From Seison nebaliae (lineage: Eukaryota): DNA of 55,354 nucleotides. Below are positions 50,751-55,354 of the stretch, in pieces. Below the pieces are notes generated by a model. The model did not search any database. It saw nothing but the letters and a program-made list of their open reading frames with translations, and had not been told where the DNA came from. The stretch spans positions 1 through 55,354 of the forward strand of contig JALJEE010001928.1 in the NCBI GenBank assembly GCA_023231475.1, in the 5' to 3' direction. The first letter of the stretch is position 1. Each line of letters begins with the position of its first letter. The position numbers and the translations under genes were made by a program.

Positions 50751-53085
50751 TTATTCGGTTTGGGGGAAATTTATTCCAAATTTCGATTCTAACGAAGCAA
50801 ATGTTGCCGGTGCCAATCGATAGGAACCGATGTGATCATGATTCGGAGAAGAAATTTGTGTTTGTGTCATTAGATCATGTTCTTTTTGAGTTCCTGATAA
50901 TGGTCTTCCTCCAAAATCGACATTGAATGTTCTTTGGAGAATTTCGTAAGTGAATAAAGTGACGGCAAATTGTGGAGATGAACGGAAGACACGAGCCACC
51001 GTTCCTTTCCATAAGGCAGCGAAACCTTCTTGTCGAATAATCTTTTTTGTTGCATCAATTACTCCATCATATTTTGTTTGTCCTTGTCGAGCAACTACCT
51101 GCAATCTAGTTTTGATGACATCAGCTGGTGTTACCAATGAAGCAGCTGGCATACCAGCAATTGCACCTGCAACTAATAAGGAAAAAGGAGAATTTTTCCC
51201 TTCGTCATCTGCTAAAATTTGTTTGGTATGAGCATATGCAGGAAAATAGATAGCACTAAATGGAATATCTCTGAGGAAGCACGCTTTCGCTCCTTTGTAC
51301 AAACCACGAAATCCGAGATCCTTCACTACATTGAGAGCACTAGGACGTTGAACGGTTGCAATCTCTCCCGCAACTTGTAGACGAATTTTGACAATTTCCA
51401 AAGGATTTGTGAAAATAACTTGAGAGAAACCAGCACATCCACCTGAAACCACTTCCGATAATAGAGGAATACTTCCATCTTTCTTATTTCGTAAATAATC
51501 GCGACAGAAATCGTTTGTTGTCAATTTAATAGCTTTCTCTGGTGCTACACCAATGATTTGAGGAAGAAGACCACGATAAAGACCGAAAATTCCCTCATAT
51601 TTCAATACCTTAGAAAAAAGAAATTATTGAAAAAAATGGAAAGATACTAAAGAAACTTTCTTGAAACAATCCATCGAATTTCTGTACATAACTTCTCCAA
51701 TGAAAGATCGCTGATTTTGCATCCGCGTCTTAACTAAATCAATCGGATAAACAGCTGTTGCACCACAAGCACCGGCAATCGAGCCCAAAACGAACCTGTA
51801 GACACTTTCACTAGCTTTCTGCCAATATGTTTGATGATGTTGTTGTTGTTGTTGTTGTTCGAAATGTCGTCTTGCTGATTTGCGGAATGGCATATCATCC
51901 TCCGTCAATGGAGTAATTGCTCGAATATCAGATAAATTTAATGTAGTTTGACTGTTACTATGTGGTGGAGTGATTACTGTTCCTGATGATGTTGTTATTG
52001 TACCTGTTCCACTTGATGAGGATGATGATGATGATGAAATAGTTGAATTTCCTGTTCGACGTAGTTGTGCAATGCGAAAGAGTATATCAATTTGTAGAGG
52101 AGAAATTTGAGGAAATTGCAAAGCACAAGAAAGAAAATCATCTTTCTTTATCGAATAATCGTCAATTCCTGAAAAGTTCTCAGATTTGAATGAACGTTCG
52201 AAAATTCTCCTTAGTAATTCTGTATTCCGTAAGAGTGAAATAAGAGAGAAATACCAAACGAATGATACTTGATCATCTTCATCTTTTCCATCAGTGGGAC
52301 AATTCAATTCTGTCAAATTCTCACTCAACCAATCACTCATCAAATGTGGTTGTGATTTAATCAAGAGATCATGCAACTGTTCACTACTGATCGAATAAGA
52401 CGTGTTGTCCAATTGACGATTCTCTAACAATACTCTACGAAATGCTTGAATTGAATGTTCTTCATGTAAATCTACTAATAATTGAGTAAATCCTTTATAT
52501 CTCAATCTTCTCAAATTATTTCCCTCACCAAAATGTAAATGGACAAATTCCGATGAGAAATTGAATGGATATAATGAATGTAGATTAGTATGAGATAGAA
52601 CTCTCTTGAATTCCTCTATTTCAAATGACAGTTATGACACAATAAAAGATAAATGAAGGAACCGAATGAAATTGATTGAGATCGATCGATATCAAATAAA
52701 CGGAAGGCAATTTCAAAGATTGCATCTGGTCGAGATAAGAGTTGTTCGAAATTCTTAAATTCATCAAATGAAATATATCCATCCTCATTACAATTGACAG
52801 TTCGACTGAGAATTTTCAATGTTTGTCGATTGATCTTTTTGTCTTCTCCGTATTGCACAACGCCCAGAAAACGATTGAAGAAATCCTCGACATTTATCAT
52901 CCAATCATCATTCTCATCTTGGTATGTTGAATACTGGACAGAAATATCATTAAAGGAATTGAAGGAAGAGAAAAAACTTTTAAAAAAATTGTTCGAAGTC
53001 TTTCGATATCTTCCTCATTCTCGTAATCGATTCGTGTTAGAATGTTAGACACATCGTCAGTAGAAGCTGTTTCCGTTTCGCCCAT
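50751..53085 (-). CDS. SLC25A12: Calcium-binding mitochondrial aspartate/glutamate carrier (aralar/citrin, SLC25A12/13 family), 4 exons
   Basis: EF-hand region ([26 protein letters not shown]) then carrier domain [90 protein letters not shown]. Confidence 0.96.
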
Positions 53086-54070
53086 TTAAAATCAGTAACA
53101 ATTCAATATTTTTCCCTTTGTCTTCTCCTACCGCAAGGAAGAGGATGGAAATAGAAAGTGCCGATTCAAATCAGAAAATTGCTATTCAGCTCTTACTTCG
53201 CCTTGTTGGAAGTGAAGTCAAACGAAATTATTTTATTTCTTCTTTACTTCTAGTAAATATATTGTTTAATAAGTTCAATTCAAATCTTTAAATTTTAATT
53301 TACTTATATACTCGATTGATTTCGGTTTGGAAAGAAATTGAAATAAAAAGCTATTTATGTTTACAAATAATTTTCCATTTATTATTTTCTTTCATATTGA
53401 ACTTACAATTGTTAAATTAAATACACCATAAATACAATTGTTACTTAAATACAACAAAGTAACTTGAACATGGGATGACGAGATACAGAAGAAATACTTT
53501 TCTCAATTTCGAACAATTTCAGCTTTCAAATTGTCAAATTTAACTTTTAAGAAATTGGCAAAAATTAAGATTTGTATTCATTCACCTGTTAGATAATGTT
53601 TTCCTTTGTTTTATATTGTAGCTTACTTGTTATCACTTTTCGTAAATTATAGAATTTAAGGTTTCAAAATAGAATTTATTTAGATCGTTTTATATTAAGA
53701 ATTAAAATTAAAAACATTATCATTGAGGAAGAAATAAAATAACCCGTTATGGATTGAATTAGCCAACCAGCTGAAACATTTATTTATGAAAATGAATTTC
53801 GTTAAAGAAAATACAAATACACTCAAATCATCTTTACGATTAATATTTTTTGAAAAAACAAACTTATTGCCACGTTGAAAGAAAAATTAATGATTCCTAA
53901 ATATCAACGGGAAGAAGAAGAATTATATTCGGAAATCTCTCTCTCTTTTTCCTATAGTAATTGATAAAATCTTTTATAGTTTTTTTACGCGCACTTAACA
54001 GTTGTTCATATTTTACTTATATCTTTATATATATATGATATTATATATATATATTATATTCTGATCTCTC

Positions 54071-54513
54071 ATGAGGAGGAAGTGTCTTACCTCATCGAAT
54101 TCTATTCAAATTAACGAATTCGTTAATTTTTTCCTTTCTACAATGTACGATTCTTCTATTACTTCATTACAAGAGCCATCTCGTCTCGTAATTCCTTCCG
54201 TATCGTTCAGTGAAGTTACCCTATCAGAATTCAAGTCTGCTTTATCTTGCATGAACTTATCAAAATCACATGGTGTAGATAATTGGTGCTTAAAGTTGGT
54301 GGCAGGACTAGACGATAATTCTACTCTCCTTATAATTAATCATATTAACGAGATATTGCTATGTAATATTGATTACAGTTATCTGAGAGTATTTTCGATT
54401 ACTCCTGTTTACAAAGGACATGGAAAACCTCGTTCCAATGTCAATTCATATCGTCCGATTTGTATTGCAAATGGGCTCATAAAAATCATCGAACAAATAA
54501 TTAAAAATAGATA
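54071..54513 (+). mobile_element. Non-LTR retrotransposon RT fragment (N-terminal RT motifs), truncated at both ends
   Basis: FSEVTLSEFKSALSCMNLSKSHGVDN..ITPVYKGHGKPRSNVNSYRPICIANGLIKIIEQII; similarity stops at about 54513. Confidence 0.88.
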
Positions 54514-54556
54514 CCGTCAACAGGGGCAATGTGGGAATCGGGGGGAAAATGGGAAA
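54514..54556 (+). mobile_element. Possible DNA-transposon terminus after TA
   Basis: TA|CCGTCAACAGGGGCAATGTGGGA-ATC-GGGGGGAAAATGGGA: a G-rich island with a duplicated GGGGnAAnnTGGGA motif exactly where the RT homology breaks; no partner inverted repeat found. Confidence 0.35.
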
Positions 54557-54825
54557 CGAAAAATCTTAAGCTTTTGTTGAAAATGGTAATTTTTTATATG
54601 TTTTACTTAACAATTTTCAAGGGTAATTTGCATGATCATTTGGAAGTATTTGAAGTATATGTACAAATATTAAAAATTAGTTTCGTCATGTCAAAAAAAA
54701 ATAATGGACTATTTTTTTGTCGGATAAAATTAAGAATAGAAAAGCTTATTTTTTTGGAAAAAAACCTTGGTCGAGAATGTACATTAATTACGAATATGTA
54801 TAATATTCGTAATTACACTATCTTC

Positions 54826-54990
54826 TAGCGGTCTACGATCACGATGTCATCTACATAGGCCATAACATGCGGAAAACGATTGATTTAGATTGCTGAGAAC
54901 ACCGTCAATGACTAACCCAAAAAGCCTAGGACCTAGAATGGTACCTTGACGAACACCAGAGCTGATGGAAAAAAAATCACTATGGTGGTT
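54826..54990 (-). mobile_element. Degraded non-LTR RT fragment related to the element at 5890-6805
   Basis: Minus strand FSISSGVRQGTILGPRLFGLVIDGVLSNLNQ / frameshift / RFPHVMAYVDDIVIV; shares gtaccttgacgaacacc with the first element near 6686-6702. Confidence 0.88.
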
Positions 54991-55117
54991 ATATGGGAGA
55001 CTTATATGGACAATCCAATGGTGCAATTTTATTTAATGATTCATTTATTTTATATTTTATTTTAAATTTCTCTACATTTCAATATGACAATTATCACCAT
55101 AAACATTTTAATATAAT

Positions 55118-55354
55118 ACGATCGATGAAACGAGACAAGCTCTTTCCAATCTTGATCTGAAGAAGTGCCACGGTTCGGATAATTTATGTCTTCAGATTAT
55201 CGCAGAATTGAATCCGTCACTGTTCGAAATGATAGTTTCCCATATAAATCGTATAATTAATGATGAGGTGGATTCTTCGACTCCTAGGAAGTTCCTTATA
55301 ATTCCAATTCTGAAAAGTGGCAGTAAGGACTCGTGCGACGTAAATTCGTACCGT
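55118..55354 (+). mobile_element. Another non-LTR RT N-terminal fragment running off the window
   Basis: TIDETRQALSNLDLKKCHGSDNLCLQIIAEL..HINRII..IIPILKSGSKDSCDVNSYR aligns with the 54071 fragment; absent from the ORF track. Confidence 0.85.

Noticed and set aside
264..53085. Fragmented ORFs as pseudogenes, frameshifting or stop-codon reassignment
   Set aside because: The breaks are resolved by short GT-AG introns, and all three stop codons terminate genes.

Overview
AT-rich, gene-dense eukaryotic (animal) DNA with very short introns (mostly about 41-65 nt) and the standard nuclear code (TAA, TAG and TGA all end genes). The gene content suggests a compact-genome invertebrate, possibly a spiralian; this is inference only. 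Genes reconstructed by hand: TTC26/IFT56, an orphan ORF, a heptad-repeat membrane protein, a Cad87A/CDH23-type cadherin, PUF60, two tandem low-complexity paralogues sharing an unrecognised 'PTPPP' core, a secreted 4-Cys orphan, VPS52, two head-to-head divergent nAChR-like channel subunits about 11.7 kb apart, TRAM, a 48-aa membrane microprotein candidate and SLC25A12/13 (aralar). There are also four fragments of non-LTR retrotransposon reverse transcriptase. Main signal: a shifted splice code. Of about 80 introns I could place, at least 75 begin GTT rather than GTR, including all 41 in six conserved genes; +5G is present in only about a quarter, and AAG acceptors are frequent. Second: both Cys-loop channels have a shortened M1-M2 linker, Glu at the normally basic 0' position and no vicinal cysteines. 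All gene models are manual and lack transcript support.
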